From an uncultured SAR86 cluster bacterium (GTDB lineage: Bacteria > Pseudomonadota > Gammaproteobacteria > Magnimaribacterales > D2472), in NCBI GenBank assembly GCA_943788365.1, contig CALSPZ010000001.1, positions 678,263 to 742,262 of the forward strand: a DNA stretch of 64,000 nt, written 5' to 3'. A model generated the notes under the pieces. That model was given only the letters and a program-made list of their open reading frames with translations, had not been told where the DNA came from and did not search any database. The position numbers were made by a program, and so were the translations under genes. Below are positions 1-9,835 of the stretch, piece after piece. Each line of letters starts with the position of its first letter. Positions within the stretch are counted from its first letter, which is position 1.

Positions 1-1441
1 CTACAAATAACATGGGTCTTTCGTCCCACTTAGGATGAGGTAAACCAACAACACAAGCTTCGGCAATCTCAGGATGTCCAACAGTTGCATTTTCTAGATC
101 AATAGAGCTTATCCACTCTCCTCCAGATTTAATAACATCTTTAGCTCTATCAACAATAGCCATATATCCATCTTTATCAATTGATGAAATATCTCCAGTA
201 TCAAACCAGCCATTCTCATCAACAGCATCATGATCAGCTTTAAAATACCTTTGTAATATCCATGGTCCTCTTACAACCAAGTTGCCATATGCCTCTCCAT
301 CATGAGGTAAAGAATTGCCCTCTTCATCTCTGATATCAATTTCTACACCATATATTGGTCTTCCGGCTTTTGCTTGCAATAAATACCTCTCTTCTTTCGG
401 CATTGATAACATCTCATCAGTTATAATATTTGTAGTTCCAAGCGGGCTCATTTCTGTCATACCCCAACCTTGAACTAATGTGACGTCATGCTCCTCATCA
501 AACTCTCTAATCATTGAAACAGGTACTGCCGCACCTCCAACAAGAGTTTTATTAAGCGAATTTAATTTAAGATTATTTTCTCTGCAATGTCCAAGTAACT
601 GCATCCAAATTGTTGGAACTCCAAATGCCATAGTTATATTCTCGTTTTCAATTTGATTATATAAAGATGGTCCATCCATTTGCATTCCAGGCATTACAAT
701 TTTAATACCATTCATAGGAGCAAAATATGGCAATCCCCATGCCATTACATGAAACATAGGAACAACCATCAATATTGAATCCTTTCTATTTATATCAAGT
801 GCTACAGGCATAGCTGCAGTCATTGAATGCAAAACAGTTGATTTATGAGAATATAAGACGCCCTTTGGATCGCCTGTTGTACCAGATGTATAGCAAAGTC
901 CACAAGCTGCATCATCTTGCAATTGAGGCCAGGAATAGTCTTCATCTCCATCTTCTATAAATTCTTCATATGAAATGGTATTTTTTAATGAGCTTTCTGG
1001 AAGCTCATCTTTCTCACATAAAATAATAAATTTTTCGACTGAATGAAGTTGGTCTTGTAAAGATTCTAAAAGCGGCACAAAAGGAAGTTCGCAAAAAATA
1101 ATTTTATCTTCAGCATGGTTGATTATATAAACCGCTTGATCAGGGTGAAGTCTAAAATTTAAAGTATGATTAACTGCGCCCATACCTGAAACACCATAAT
1201 ATATCTCTAAATGTCTATACGAGTTCAATGCTAACGTAGCAAGAATATCTCCTTCCTTATAACCATTTTTTTCTAGTGCAGATGCTAATTTTCTTGATCG
1301 AATACATACCTCTCCATAGTTTGTTCTGTGGGTTTCGCCTGAAACTAGTTTGCTTACAACCTCTACATCAGGAAAAACCTTATTTGCATGCTCTATTATT
1401 CCAGCAATATTTGGTGTCCAACTTTGCATATCTCCTTTCAT
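1..1441 (-). CDS. AMP-dependent acyl-CoA synthetase/ligase (fatty-acid--CoA ligase family); C-terminal end cut by window edge
   Basis: Not in the supplied ORF track because it runs off the window. Hand translation of the minus strand from ATG (complement of 1439-1441) gives [23 protein letters not shown]... It contains the AMP-binding signature [12 protein letters not shown] (about 860-900), GWGMTE (about 450-480) and WFDTGD...[15 protein letters not shown] near the 5' window edge. A G-rich SD (AAGGGGGAA) lies just upstream. Alternative ATG at 1429. Confidence 0.85.
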   Translation of the reverse strand, partial: MKGDMQSWTPNIAGIIEHANKVFPDVEVVSKLVSGETHRTNYGEVCIRSRKLASALEKNGYKEGDILATLALNSYRHLEIYYGVSGMGAVNHTLNFRLHPDQAVYIINHAEDKIIFCELPFVPLLESLQDQLHSVEKFIILCEKDELPESSLKNTISYEEFIEDGDEDYSWPQLQDDAACGLCYTSGTTGDPKGVLYSHKSTVLHSMTAAMPVALDINRKDSILMVVPMFHVMAWGLPYFAPMNGIKIVMPGMQMDGPSLYNQIENENITMAFGVPTIWMQLLGHCRENNLKLNSLNKTLVGGAAVPVSMIREFDEEHDVTLVQGWGMTEMSPLGTTNIITDEMLSMPKEERYLLQAKAGRPIYGVEIDIRDEEGNSLPHDGEAYGNLVVRGPWILQRYFKADHDAVDENGWFDTGDISSIDKDGYMAIVDRAKDVIKSGGEWISSIDLENATVGHPEIAEACVVGLPHPKWDERPMLFV

Positions 1442-1514
1442 GTTTCCCCCTTTAAGAAATATAAAATATTTGCATTTCTTATATTATAGTTACTTCAAAA
1501 AAAGATAAAGAAAA

Positions 1515-2342
1515 TTATTTTAAAGCTATCGTAATTCTATTGTGTCCTTGTTGATCTTTAAGCACTTCTTTAAATTCTAGGCCTGCGCTTTGAATAATTT
1601 TTAAAATTTGCTGGTGTTGATTATACCCGTGCTCAATAATTAACATTCCTTCATTTTTTAAAACGCTATAAGCTTTATTACATATTTCTTTGATGTCACT
1701 AAAACCATTATCTTTTGAAACTAAAGCTTCAATTGGTTCGTGAGATAATTCTTTTAAATGGCTATCATTTTCTTCAATATAGGGAGGATTTGATACAACA
1801 ACATCAAAAATTTCTTCTTGAATTGCTGAAAGCCAATGCATTTGCGTTAAAAACATATTGGTTATTTTATTTCGATTAATATTAATAGCTGCTACTGCAA
1901 GAGCATCACTGCTTTTGTCTGTTGCATAAACTGTAAGTCTTTTATCTAAATGAGCAATGGATATGCCTATGCACCCCGAACCTGTTCCAGCATCTAGAAT
2001 GTTTTTATTTCCTTGAAGTTTAATATCTTTTAAGTATTGAATAATTGATTCTGTCTCACATCTTGGGATTAGTACTCTCTCATCAACAAAAAAGTCTCTG
2101 CCAAAAAAAGATGATTCATTTAAAATATAATCAAGAGGTTTTTTTAAAAGCTTTTGATTGAAAAAATAATCAAGTTTAGTAGATTGATCTTTGTTTATTT
2201 TTAAATCCTTACTTGAATACAAATCAGCAAGGCTAATATTTAGAGCTTTTTTTAAAAAAAATATCAATTCGTTATATATTTCTTCATCGCCGTTGAACTT
2301 TTCAGATATGGCGGCTCTGAGAATTTTTGTATTTAAAATCAA
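1515..2342 (-). CDS. prmC: peptide chain release factor N5-glutamine methyltransferase
   Basis: NPPY catalytic motif (VVSNPPYI) and SAM-binding DAGTGSGCIG. Lies immediately downstream of prfA with no spacer, as in the conserved hemA-prfA-prmC operon. Confidence 0.92.
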   Translation of the reverse strand: MILNTKILRAAISEKFNGDEEIYNELIFFLKKALNISLADLYSSKDLKINKDQSTKLDYFFNQKLLKKPLDYILNESSFFGRDFFVDERVLIPRCETESIIQYLKDIKLQGNKNILDAGTGSGCIGISIAHLDKRLTVYATDKSSDALAVAAININRNKITNMFLTQMHWLSAIQEEIFDVVVSNPPYIEENDSHLKELSHEPIEALVSKDNGFSDIKEICNKAYSVLKNEGMLIIEHGYNQHQQILKIIQSAGLEFKEVLKDQQGHNRITIALK

Positions 2343-3431
2343 TTACTCTTCTTCAAGCTTTGAGAGCATGGCAAGTTGATTTTCTGCAAGTAAGGCATCA
2401 CAAATTGCTTTGATGTCACCATCCATTATTTGATCTAGATTATGTTGTGTTAATTTAATTCTATGATCTGTCATTCTGCCTTGAGGAAAATTATAAGTTC
2501 TAATTTTTTCACTTCTATCTCCAGTTCCAACGAGTATTTTTCGTTCACTTGCAATGCTCTGCTGCTGAGAATCTATTTCTTGTTGTTTTAACTTTGCGGC
2601 TAAAAGAGACATAGCTTTTTCCTTATTCTTGTGCTGAGATCTTCCATCCTGGCATTCCACAACCAATCCAGTTGGAATATGGGTAAGTCTTACTGCTGAA
2701 TCAGTTTTATTCACATGCTGTCCTCCAGCGCCAGATGCTCTAAATGTATCGACTCTAAGATCATTTTTATCTATATGAATATCTTGAACCTCTTCTACTT
2801 CTGGGAGTATGGCAACGGTACAGGTTGATGTATGAACCCTCCCCTGAGATTCAGTTTCAGGCACCCTTTGCACCCTATGAACTCCAGATTCAAATTTAAG
2901 AACTTTAAAGACCCCCTTTCCTTCCAACTTACCGATTACCTCTTTCAAGCCTCCTTGCTCTGCAGGACGAATATTAATTTCCTCTAGGCCCCAGCCTTCT
3001 CTTTCAGCAAGACGAGAATACATCCTATAAAGATCTCCAGCAAAAATTGCAGCCTCGTCACCACCTGCTCCAGCCCTTATCTCAATATAGGCAGACCCAT
3101 CATCAGCTGTATCCTTTGGTAGCAACATTAATTTAAGTTCTTGTTCAATAATTTCAGGCTTGTTTGCAGCCTCAGCAATTTCTTCTTCTGCAAGAAGAAC
3201 CATATCCTGATCATCTGATTCTAATAACTCTTTTGCATCATTTATAGCCCTATCTAAGTCGATATATTCATTGTATTTACTAACGATAGGGTTAATTTCA
3301 GAAAACTCTTTATTTAATGCTGTGTAGTTTTCCATATCATTTACAACGTCTGGTTGGGATAGCATCTTCTGAATTTCGTCCAGCCTTTCTTTGAGCTTGC
3401 TAAGCTTTATATTCATTGAACTATGCATCAA
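2343..3431 (-). CDS. prfA: peptide chain release factor 1
   Basis: GGQ motif (SGAGGQHVNKTDSAVR) and RF1-type PxT tripeptide context (RVPETESQGRVHTS). Start uncertain: ATG 3416 (MNIKLSKL...) would remove the 11-nt overlap with hemA. Confidence 0.95.
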   Translation of the reverse strand: MMHSSMNIKLSKLKERLDEIQKMLSQPDVVNDMENYTALNKEFSEINPIVSKYNEYIDLDRAINDAKELLESDDQDMVLLAEEEIAEAANKPEIIEQELKLMLLPKDTADDGSAYIEIRAGAGGDEAAIFAGDLYRMYSRLAEREGWGLEEINIRPAEQGGLKEVIGKLEGKGVFKVLKFESGVHRVQRVPETESQGRVHTSTCTVAILPEVEEVQDIHIDKNDLRVDTFRASGAGGQHVNKTDSAVRLTHIPTGLVVECQDGRSQHKNKEKAMSLLAAKLKQQEIDSQQQSIASERKILVGTGDRSEKIRTYNFPQGRMTDHRIKLTQHNLDQIMDGDIKAICDALLAENQLAMLSKLEEE

Positions 3432-4653
3432 AATACCCCTTTACCATTGAGCTAACAATATGTTTATCAACTTTTTTAATATCCTTAAGTGCTTCAAATG
3501 AGTCGTCGTAAAATGAGTTGTTGGAAAGCAAATTTATAATGAGATCTTTGTGATTTATTTCTTCTTTGAAAGAATCTAATTCATTGGCTTTCAGGCTATC
3601 TAGAAGGTTGTATATTTCGGAGTTTAGGGAAGATTTAAAGTGAGTATTTCGTAATTCTAGTAAAACATTTTGAGATTCTCTAACAATCATATTTAAGGCT
3701 TTTTCAGCTTCGATCCTTCTTTGCCCAAGGTTGTCTTGAGTTATTTTTTCAATATCATCTATTGTGTAAAGGTAAATCGTTTCAATATCTTTTACCCCTT
3801 CTTCAATATTTCTTGGAACCGCTAGGTCAATCAGAAGCAGTGGCTTATTTCCTCTCTTCATTAATGCTTTTTCAATCGCTCCTTTACCGATAATTGGTAA
3901 TTCTGCCAAAGCAGAGGCTATTACCACATCAGCTTTCTCTAGCTCAAAGTGCAATGATGATAATGGTGAAGATACAATTCCAAAAGAATCAGAAATGGTA
4001 ATTTCTTTAATGCTTCTATTAACTGATCTGATGTCTGTGATACCTTTGTTGTAAAGATTTTTAATAACATCTTGTGCAAGAGAGCCAGCTCCTATTACTA
4101 AGACTTTTTGATTAATTGGATTTTCAAAAATATTTTTTATTAATTTAAGTGAAAGGCCGCTTATTGACAGAGGATTTACACCAATATTTGTATTAGTTCG
4201 GACTTTTCTTACAACCTCTATTGCTTTATTGGCATATCTCTGGAGATTTGAATCCATAACTCCAATATTTTTCGAGACTGCAATTGCATTTTTATATTGA
4301 CCAAAAATTTCCTGTTCGCCTAACACCTGAGAATCGATGCCTGCAGCAACTTTACACATGTGTATAAATGCATCCTCATCTTGAAGAAAATAAAACTGTG
4401 AGGTGTTAATTTTATTTAGATTGAATAATTTAGAAACTTCATCAAAAAAGCTATTAATTACTCCTTTTTCGCCCAGTAAATATATTTCGCTTCTATTGCA
4501 AGTTGATAATCCAAAAAAGGAGATAATAGAATTATTAAATTTATCTTTTATCAAGCTATTGAGTAAAAATTGGTTAGACTCACTTATAATGAATCTTTCT
4601 CTTTCAGAAACATTAGAGGTTTTGTGATTTATGCCAAAGAGTTGTAATTCCAT
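3421..4653 (-). CDS. hemA: glutamyl-tRNA reductase
   Basis: N-terminus MELQLFGINHKT, catalytic-Cys motif LSTCNRSEIY, Rossmann motif VLVIGAGSLA. Upstream of prfA as in other gammaproteobacteria. Confidence 0.93.
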   Translation of the reverse strand: MELQLFGINHKTSNVSERERFIISESNQFLLNSLIKDKFNNSIISFFGLSTCNRSEIYLLGEKGVINSFFDEVSKLFNLNKINTSQFYFLQDEDAFIHMCKVAAGIDSQVLGEQEIFGQYKNAIAVSKNIGVMDSNLQRYANKAIEVVRKVRTNTNIGVNPLSISGLSLKLIKNIFENPINQKVLVIGAGSLAQDVIKNLYNKGITDIRSVNRSIKEITISDSFGIVSSPLSSLHFELEKADVVIASALAELPIIGKGAIEKALMKRGNKPLLLIDLAVPRNIEEGVKDIETIYLYTIDDIEKITQDNLGQRRIEAEKALNMIVRESQNVLLELRNTHFKSSLNSEIYNLLDSLKANELDSFKEEINHKDLIINLLSNNSFYDDSFEALKDIKKVDKHIVSSMVKGYFDA

Positions 4654-5140
4654 TAGTAAAAATTTATTTTTATTTTTATTGCTACCTTTTCTGTTTTCAT
4701 GTGTTGTAAATCCATCTTCATCTAAGCAAAAAATTTATACTGGTAAGTTTTATGTTGAAAACGCAAAAGTTGGCTCAACATTTAATACAAGCATTATTAA
4801 GCAAGGTAATGGGTTAATTATACAGGTAAGCAAGCCTTTTTTTGGTAATGTTTTAAATTTAACTATAAAGAGCAATGGATATATAGAATCAACTTCATCA
4901 GAAGATAATGTCTTTATTAATTCAAGCTATACGCCCAAGGATTACAAAAAAATTTATAACTGGTTGAATAACTGTCTTGACTCAACCAAGCTTTCTAATA
5001 ATGAAACAGCTATAGAGCCTCAAGAGTATCTATTTATACATAGTGAAAGTATTAGATTGGTATGCTCAAAGGGTAAAGATAAAATTTCTTTTGATATAAC
5101 AGATAGCAAATTTAAAATTAATGGGCATGTTCTAACTTAG
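4631..5140 (+). CDS. lolB: outer-membrane lipoprotein, LolB-like (lipoprotein receptor)
   Basis: Signal peptide with lipobox LFS-C (Cys codon at 4700), +2 residue Val. Sits in the conserved slot divergent from hemA and directly upstream of ispE. Sequence similarity to E. coli LolB is only weak by eye, so the call rests mostly on synteny and lipoprotein features. Confidence 0.6.
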   Translation: MPKSCNSISKNLFLFLLLPFLFSCVVNPSSSKQKIYTGKFYVENAKVGSTFNTSIIKQGNGLIIQVSKPFFGNVLNLTIKSNGYIESTSSEDNVFINSSYTPKDYKKIYNWLNNCLDSTKLSNNETAIEPQEYLFIHSESIRLVCSKGKDKISFDITDSKFKINGHVLT

Positions 5141-5144
5141 TAAA

Positions 5145-5939
5145 ATGATAAAAGTAAAATCACCCGCTAAGATAAATCTGTATCTTAATATAATATCAAA
5201 ACTTGAAAGTGGCTATCATGAGATTGATTCTGCATTTCAATTAATTGATATATACGATGACTTAATATTTGAAAAATCATCTGGGGGAATTCAGTTAGAT
5301 TGCGATCTCGATATTGAAACGCATGAAAACATTGTATATAAAGCTGCTTTGCTACTTAATGAGCAGTCAAATAAAGATAATTCAATTAGAATTAAGTTGC
5401 ACAAAAATATACCTACTGGCTCTGGCCTAGGAGGTGGCAGTTCAAATGCAGCTTCAACCCTAGTTACTCTAAATAAACTTTGGGATATAAATTTAAACAA
5501 AAGTGAGCTAATGGTTTTAGGGACAAAATTAGGAGCGGACGTTCCATTTTTTATAAATGGGAATAATGCTTATGTAAGTGGTATCGGAGAAAAGCTCATA
5601 AATAAAAAAATGGAGACTGCAAACTATTTAATCATATATCCAAATATCCACTGCTCTTCAGCTGAGATGTATAGAAAATTTGATCTAGAAAATACTCCGT
5701 CAAAGGATGAACAAAATTCATTTTGGAATATTTATAAATCATTAAATAAAGAAATCTATGAATTTGTTAATGAATTTAAAGATGATTTAAATATATGTCT
5801 TTCTGGAAGTGGTTCAAGTATGTTTATAAGATATAAGTCACAAGAAGAATTGGATAAAATTTTAAAAATAATTCCATTCAATTGGAGATTCTTTTTAACT
5901 AAACCATTACAATATGCACCCTTAACTATGAAATTATAG
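5145..5939 (+). CDS. ispE: 4-diphosphocytidyl-2-C-methyl-D-erythritol kinase
   Basis: GHMP-kinase motif PTGSGLGGGSSNAAS; lolB-ispE-prs synteny. Confidence 0.92.
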   Translation: MIKVKSPAKINLYLNIISKLESGYHEIDSAFQLIDIYDDLIFEKSSGGIQLDCDLDIETHENIVYKAALLLNEQSNKDNSIRIKLHKNIPTGSGLGGGSSNAASTLVTLNKLWDINLNKSELMVLGTKLGADVPFFINGNNAYVSGIGEKLINKKMETANYLIIYPNIHCSSAEMYRKFDLENTPSKDEQNSFWNIYKSLNKEIYEFVNEFKDDLNICLSGSGSSMFIRYKSQEELDKILKIIPFNWRFFLTKPLQYAPLTMKL

Positions 5940-5944
5940 AGTTA

Positions 5945-6019
5945 TGGGGTGTAGCCAAGCGGTAAGGCAACGGGTTTTGATCCCGTCATGCGTAGGTTCG
6001 AATCCTACCACCCCAGCCA
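5945..6019 (+). tRNA. tRNA-Gln (anticodon UUG)
   Basis: 75-nt cloverleaf read by hand. Acceptor TGGGGTG/CACCCCA, anticodon arm ACGGG-TTTTGAT-CCCGT, T-arm GTAGG-TTCGAAT-CCTAC, encoded CCA. Closely resembles E. coli tRNA-Gln. Confidence 0.93.
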
Positions 6020-6034
6020 TTTTTGGATTAACTT

Positions 6035-6988
6035 ATGAATGTTAAAAAAATTGATCTTTTTACCGGAACTGCTAATGCAGCACTTGCTAACGAAGTTGCG
6101 TCAATTCTTGGAACTGTCATAGCTCCTGCTGATGTTGGATATTTTTCAGATGGTGAAATTAAAGTGCAAATTGAAGATAATGTTAGAGGTCATGATACAT
6201 TTATAATTCAATCTACTTGTGCTCCAAGCAATAAGAATTTAATGGAGCTAATGCTCCTTGCTGATGCATTAAAGCGCTCATCAGCATCTAAAATTACAGC
6301 AATTGTTCCTTATTATGGTTATGCAAGGCAAGATAGAAGAGTTAGATCTGCTAGGGTCCCAATCAGCGCTAAGGTAGTTGCTGATATGTTCCATGGTGTT
6401 GGTATTGATAGAGTTTTAACAGTCGACCTTCACTCTGAAACTATCCAAGGTTTCTTTGATATGCCTGCTGATAACGTATATGCAACTATGTTAATGGTAG
6501 ATGATATTAAAGAAAATAATGAAAGAGATGACATAGTAGTTGTATCTCCAGATGTTGGAGGTGTTGTTAGATCTAGAGCTCTTGCAAAATTGCTAGATGA
6601 CACTGATTTAGCAATTATTGATAAAAGAAGAGCCGCTGCAAATCAATCTGAGGTAATGAATATAATTGGAGATATTGAAGGAAAGGTATGTATTGTGCCT
6701 GATGACATCATAGATACTGCTGGTACTTTATGTAATGCTGCTGCTGCTCTTAAAGAAAAAGGAGCAAAGGCTGTAAAAGCATATATTACCCACCCTGTAC
6801 TATCAGGTCCTGCTATCGAAAGACTGGAAAATTCAGAAATTGATGAGTTAGTTGTAACTAATTCAATTCCATTGTCCCATGAAGCACAAAAATGCAGTAA
6901 AATACGCGTCATTTCACTAGCATCAATTATTGCTGAGTGCATTAAGCGACTGAGTCGCGATGAGTCACTAAGTGAAATATTTATATAA
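6035..6988 (+). CDS. prs: ribose-phosphate pyrophosphokinase
   Basis: PRPP-synthetase motifs ([31 protein letters not shown]); synteny. Confidence 0.95.
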   Translation: MNVKKIDLFTGTANAALANEVASILGTVIAPADVGYFSDGEIKVQIEDNVRGHDTFIIQSTCAPSNKNLMELMLLADALKRSSASKITAIVPYYGYARQDRRVRSARVPISAKVVADMFHGVGIDRVLTVDLHSETIQGFFDMPADNVYATMLMVDDIKENNERDDIVVVSPDVGGVVRSRALAKLLDDTDLAIIDKRRAAANQSEVMNIIGDIEGKVCIVPDDIIDTAGTLCNAAAALKEKGAKAVKAYITHPVLSGPAIERLENSEIDELVVTNSIPLSHEAQKCSKIRVISLASIIAECIKRLSRDESLSEIFI

Positions 6989-6997
6989 GAGGATATT

Positions 6998-7678
6998 ATG
7001 AGTGAAGAAATTATTTTAAATGCAGACCCTAGAGAAAGAACTGGGTCTAATAAAGCGCGTGTTATTAGAAAAATAGATGGAATGGTGCCAGCTATTATTT
7101 ATGGAGCCGAAAAAGATTCATTAAATATTAAACTCAGATTAAATGAGCTAACAAAAGCTTCACAAGATGAACTTTTTTATACGCAGGTTCTTGTTATAAA
7201 AACAGGAGAACTTGAAGAAAAAGTTGTACTTAAAGAACTTCAAAGAGATCCTGCAAAAGGAAGGTTTCTTCATGCTGATTTTTTAAGAGTATCTAGTAAA
7301 ACTAAATTAAAAGTTATTATTCCTGTTAATTTTATCAATGAAGAAGAGTGTGATGGAGTTAAAAACGAAGGCGGAGTAATAAACAAAGCAATCCGTGAAA
7401 TAGAGATTCTCTGTTCAGCTGGTAACATACCTGAATCAATTGAGGTAGATGTTCTAAATTTAGCTCTAGGAAGCTCAATGAGACTTTCAGAACTTAAGCT
7501 TCCTGAGGGAAGTGAAATACCAGGCCTAGATGAGTCTACTGATCAGATGATTGTATCCATCAACGCTCCTAAAGCAGTTGTTGAAGAAGAACCTATACTT
7601 GCTGAGGGAGAGGAAGGCGAAGAGGCTGAGTCTTCAGAAGAGAATGCGGATGAGGATTCTAGCGAAGAATCTGAGTAA
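6998..7678 (+). CDS. rplY: 50S ribosomal protein L25 (long Ctc form) with acidic low-complexity tail
   Basis: L25/Ctc N-terminal domain (RERTGSNKARVIRKIDGMVPAIIYG) plus the Ctc C-terminal domain. Ends in an E/S/D-rich tail. prs-rplY-pth order. Confidence 0.9.
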   Translation: MSEEIILNADPRERTGSNKARVIRKIDGMVPAIIYGAEKDSLNIKLRLNELTKASQDELFYTQVLVIKTGELEEKVVLKELQRDPAKGRFLHADFLRVSSKTKLKVIIPVNFINEEECDGVKNEGGVINKAIREIEILCSAGNIPESIEVDVLNLALGSSMRLSELKLPEGSEIPGLDESTDQMIVSINAPKAVVEEEPILAEGEEGEEAESSEENADEDSSEESE

Positions 7679-7695
7679 TATAAAAAAACTTGCTC

Positions 7696-8262
7696 ATGTA
7701 TGATCTTTGCCTTATAGGTCTTGGTAATCCTGGGTCTAAGTATGATCAAACTAAGCATAATGTAGGTAAAGATTGGTTAATTAAATTAGCTGATAGTTAT
7801 TCACTGGTTTTTGAAGAAAAAAAGAGGTACGAGGCTTCAATTACATCATCTCATCAAAATAAAATTCTATGGGTAATACCTGATAATTATATGAATAATA
7901 GTGGCATTACAGTGTCTAAGATTATAAAGAATAAAAATTTAGATGTTAAGAATATTATTGTCTTCCATGATGATCTAGATTTAAATCCTGGAGATGTAAG
8001 GTTTAAAGTGGATGGTGGTCATGGCGGTCACAATGGTCTTAAAGATATTTTCCATAGAACTTCATCAAGAGGATTTTCAAGGGTTAGGATTGGAATTGGT
8101 CACCCAGGTATGAAATCAGAAGTAAACACATGGGTTTTGAATAAATTTAATCCCACTGATAGAGATCGTGTTGAAAAAAGCTATCTCAACTTTCTTGATG
8201 TATTTGATGATATTTGTAATAAAAAATATGCTGAAGCTCAAAAAAAGCTTCACACTAATTGA
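7696..8262 (+). CDS. pth: peptidyl-tRNA hydrolase
   Basis: GLGNPGSKYDQTKHNVG motif. The track ORF begins at TTG 7690; ATG 7696 (MYDLCLIGLGNPG) fits the family N-terminus better. Confidence 0.92.
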   Translation: MYDLCLIGLGNPGSKYDQTKHNVGKDWLIKLADSYSLVFEEKKRYEASITSSHQNKILWVIPDNYMNNSGITVSKIIKNKNLDVKNIIVFHDDLDLNPGDVRFKVDGGHGGHNGLKDIFHRTSSRGFSRVRIGIGHPGMKSEVNTWVLNKFNPTDRDRVEKSYLNFLDVFDDICNKKYAEAQKKLHTN

Positions 8263-9354
8263 ATGGGTTTTAGGTGTGGAATTATAGGCTTGCCAAATGT
8301 TGGTAAATCAACATTATTCAATGCTCTAACAAACTCTTCAATTCCTGCAGAAAATTTTCCATTTTGTACAATTGAACCAAATATTGGGAAAGTACAATTA
8401 CCAGATAATAGATTGGTAGAACTCCAAAAAATAGTATCTTCAGAGAAAATAGTTCCAGCAACACTAGATTTAGTAGATATAGCAGGTTTGGTTAAAGGCG
8501 CGTCTCAAGGCGAAGGGCTTGGTAATGCATTCTTATCAAATATAAGAGAAATGAATGCCCTTGCTCATGTGGTCAGGTGTTTTGAAGATAAAAATATAAC
8601 TCATGTTGATGGCGAAATAAATTCAGTTAAAGATGCTGAAATAATAAATCTAGAACTTATTATGGCTGACTTAGAGTCAGTAGGTAAAAGGCTAATAAAA
8701 TGCGAGAAGCTTCTAAAAACTAATGATAAAGATAATAAACGTGACCATGAACTATTGTCAGCTATAAAGATTGAACTTGAAGCTGGTAACTTAATTGATA
8801 TTAATCAGTACGAAACTGATGATAAAAAAATTATTAACAGATATCAGCTATTAAGCACAAAGCCTATTTTTTACATTGCAAATATATCTGATGATGGCTC
8901 TTCTGATAATGAGCTAAAAAAACTTCAAGAGTTTGCTAAACAAAGTAATTCGATGGTTATACCTGCATCAATAAAAATTGAACAAGAGATAGCCTCTATT
9001 GATAATGATGAAGAGAGAAATGAATACCTAGAACTAATGGGAATGGATGAGCCTGTACTAAATAAAATAATTTTTAAAGGTTATGAAGTTTTAGGGCTTG
9101 AAACATATTTTACAGCAGGACCCAAAGAACTTAGGGCCTGGACAATTAGAAAAGGTTCACTTGCGCCTAACGCTGCAGGGGTTATTCATACTGATTTTGA
9201 AAAAGGCTTTATAAAAGCTGAGGTTATCGGTTTTAGCGACTATATAGAGTGCCAGGGTGAATCAGGGGCAAAGGAAAAGGGTAAGCTCAGGTTAGAAGGA
9301 AAAGATTATCTGGTAAAGGATGGGGATGTCATCCATTTTAAATTTAATGTTTAA
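8263..9354 (+). CDS. ychF: ribosome-binding ATPase YchF
   Basis: G1 motif GLPNVGKST, DIAGLVKGASQGEGLGN, C-terminal TGS-like end (GKDYLVKDGDVIHFKFNV); pth-ychF synteny. Confidence 0.95.
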   Translation: MGFRCGIIGLPNVGKSTLFNALTNSSIPAENFPFCTIEPNIGKVQLPDNRLVELQKIVSSEKIVPATLDLVDIAGLVKGASQGEGLGNAFLSNIREMNALAHVVRCFEDKNITHVDGEINSVKDAEIINLELIMADLESVGKRLIKCEKLLKTNDKDNKRDHELLSAIKIELEAGNLIDINQYETDDKKIINRYQLLSTKPIFYIANISDDGSSDNELKKLQEFAKQSNSMVIPASIKIEQEIASIDNDEERNEYLELMGMDEPVLNKIIFKGYEVLGLETYFTAGPKELRAWTIRKGSLAPNAAGVIHTDFEKGFIKAEVIGFSDYIECQGESGAKEKGKLRLEGKDYLVKDGDVIHFKFNV

Positions 9355-9367
9355 GTAAAAAATTATA

Positions 9368-9395
9368 TTGACTAACGTTTATATATAATTATCAT
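9368..9395 (+). promoter_or_regulatory. candidate sigma70 promoter for tRNA-Met
   Basis: TTGACT (9368-9373), 16-nt spacer, TATCAT (9390-9395), ending 9 nt before the mature tRNA 5' end. Pattern match only. Confidence 0.45.
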
Positions 9396-9404
9396 TCAAC
9401 GATT

Positions 9405-9481
9405 GGCTATGTAGCTCAGATGGTTAGAGCACAGCACTCATAACGCTGGGGTCGGTGGTTCAATTCCACCCATAGCCACCA
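9405..9481 (+). tRNA. tRNA-Met, elongator type (anticodon CAU)
   Basis: 77-nt cloverleaf. Acceptor GGCTATG/CATAGCC, anticodon loop CTCATAA, T-arm GGTGG-TTCAATT-CCACC, encoded CCA. Near-identical in acceptor and D arm to E. coli elongator tRNA-Met as I recall it. The innermost anticodon-stem pair (31:39) is an A-C mismatch. Confidence 0.85.
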
Positions 9482-9542
9482 CTATAATAATTAAGATAGA
9501 CTTAGATTAAATTGCCATTAGCATGGCTAATAAAGACTTGGA

Positions 9543-9776
9543 TTAATCTTTCTTTAAATAACTGAGTATTATTACTAGAGAAATCAATGCAAGAAGTGCA
9601 TCTTCTCCAAGCATATTTAATATACTAGATACATTATTGTAAACATCTCCAACAAAAGGAGTTTGTGGGCCAAATATAATACCAAGAAGAAGCGATACAA
9701 TTACAAGTGGTATAAGAAGTTTTGTAACTTTATTTAGAAAGGTTGTAAGACTTGTTAATGTAACTTTAAAATTCAT
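9543..9776 (-). CDS. small hydrophobic protein (77 aa), two predicted TM helices, unknown function
   Basis: Two hydrophobic stretches (LLIPLVIVSLLLGIIFG and ALLALISLVIILSYL) with KKD at the C-terminus. Same architecture and weak similarity to the upstream 71-aa protein. No SD; the ATG follows an A-rich tract 16 nt after a strong hairpin. Confidence 0.55.
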   Translation of the reverse strand: MNFKVTLTSLTTFLNKVTKLLIPLVIVSLLLGIIFGPQTPFVGDVYNNVSSILNMLGEDALLALISLVIILSYLKKD

Positions 9777-9792
9777 ATTTTTTTATAAAAGA

Positions 9793-9823
9793 GTTAAGAA
9801 GAGCGCAATACGCTCTTCTTAAC
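9793..9823 (-). terminator. perfect 13-bp stem / 5-nt loop hairpin, rho-independent terminator-like on the minus strand
   Basis: GTTAAGAAGAGCG (9793-9805), loop CAATA, CGCTCTTCTTAAC (9811-9823). On the minus strand it is followed by UCUUUUAUAAAAAAAU and then the next ATG. Confidence 0.7.
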
Positions 9824-9835
9824 ATATTAAGTATA

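Noticed and set aside
9405-9481. The CAU-anticodon tRNA as tRNA-Ile2 (lysidine substrate of TilS) rather than tRNA-Met.
   Set aside because: The acceptor stem (GGCUAUG) and D and T arms closely match elongator tRNA-Met, not the GGCCCCU-type tRNA-Ile2 of E. coli. A classifier such as tRNAscan-SE with the Ile2 model would settle it.
9482-9546. A 13-nt imperfect direct repeat, AGACTTAGATTAA (9498-9510) and AGACTTGGATTAA (9534-9546), flanks a small palindrome just 3' of tRNA-Met. I considered it as an att-site scar marking the small-protein cassette as an integrated island.
   Set aside because: There is no integrase or other mobile gene. The tRNA 3' end is not duplicated on the far side (10052-10180). 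The repeat is short and AT-rich, and the enclosed segment is only 36 bp. This is insufficient evidence for a mobile element.
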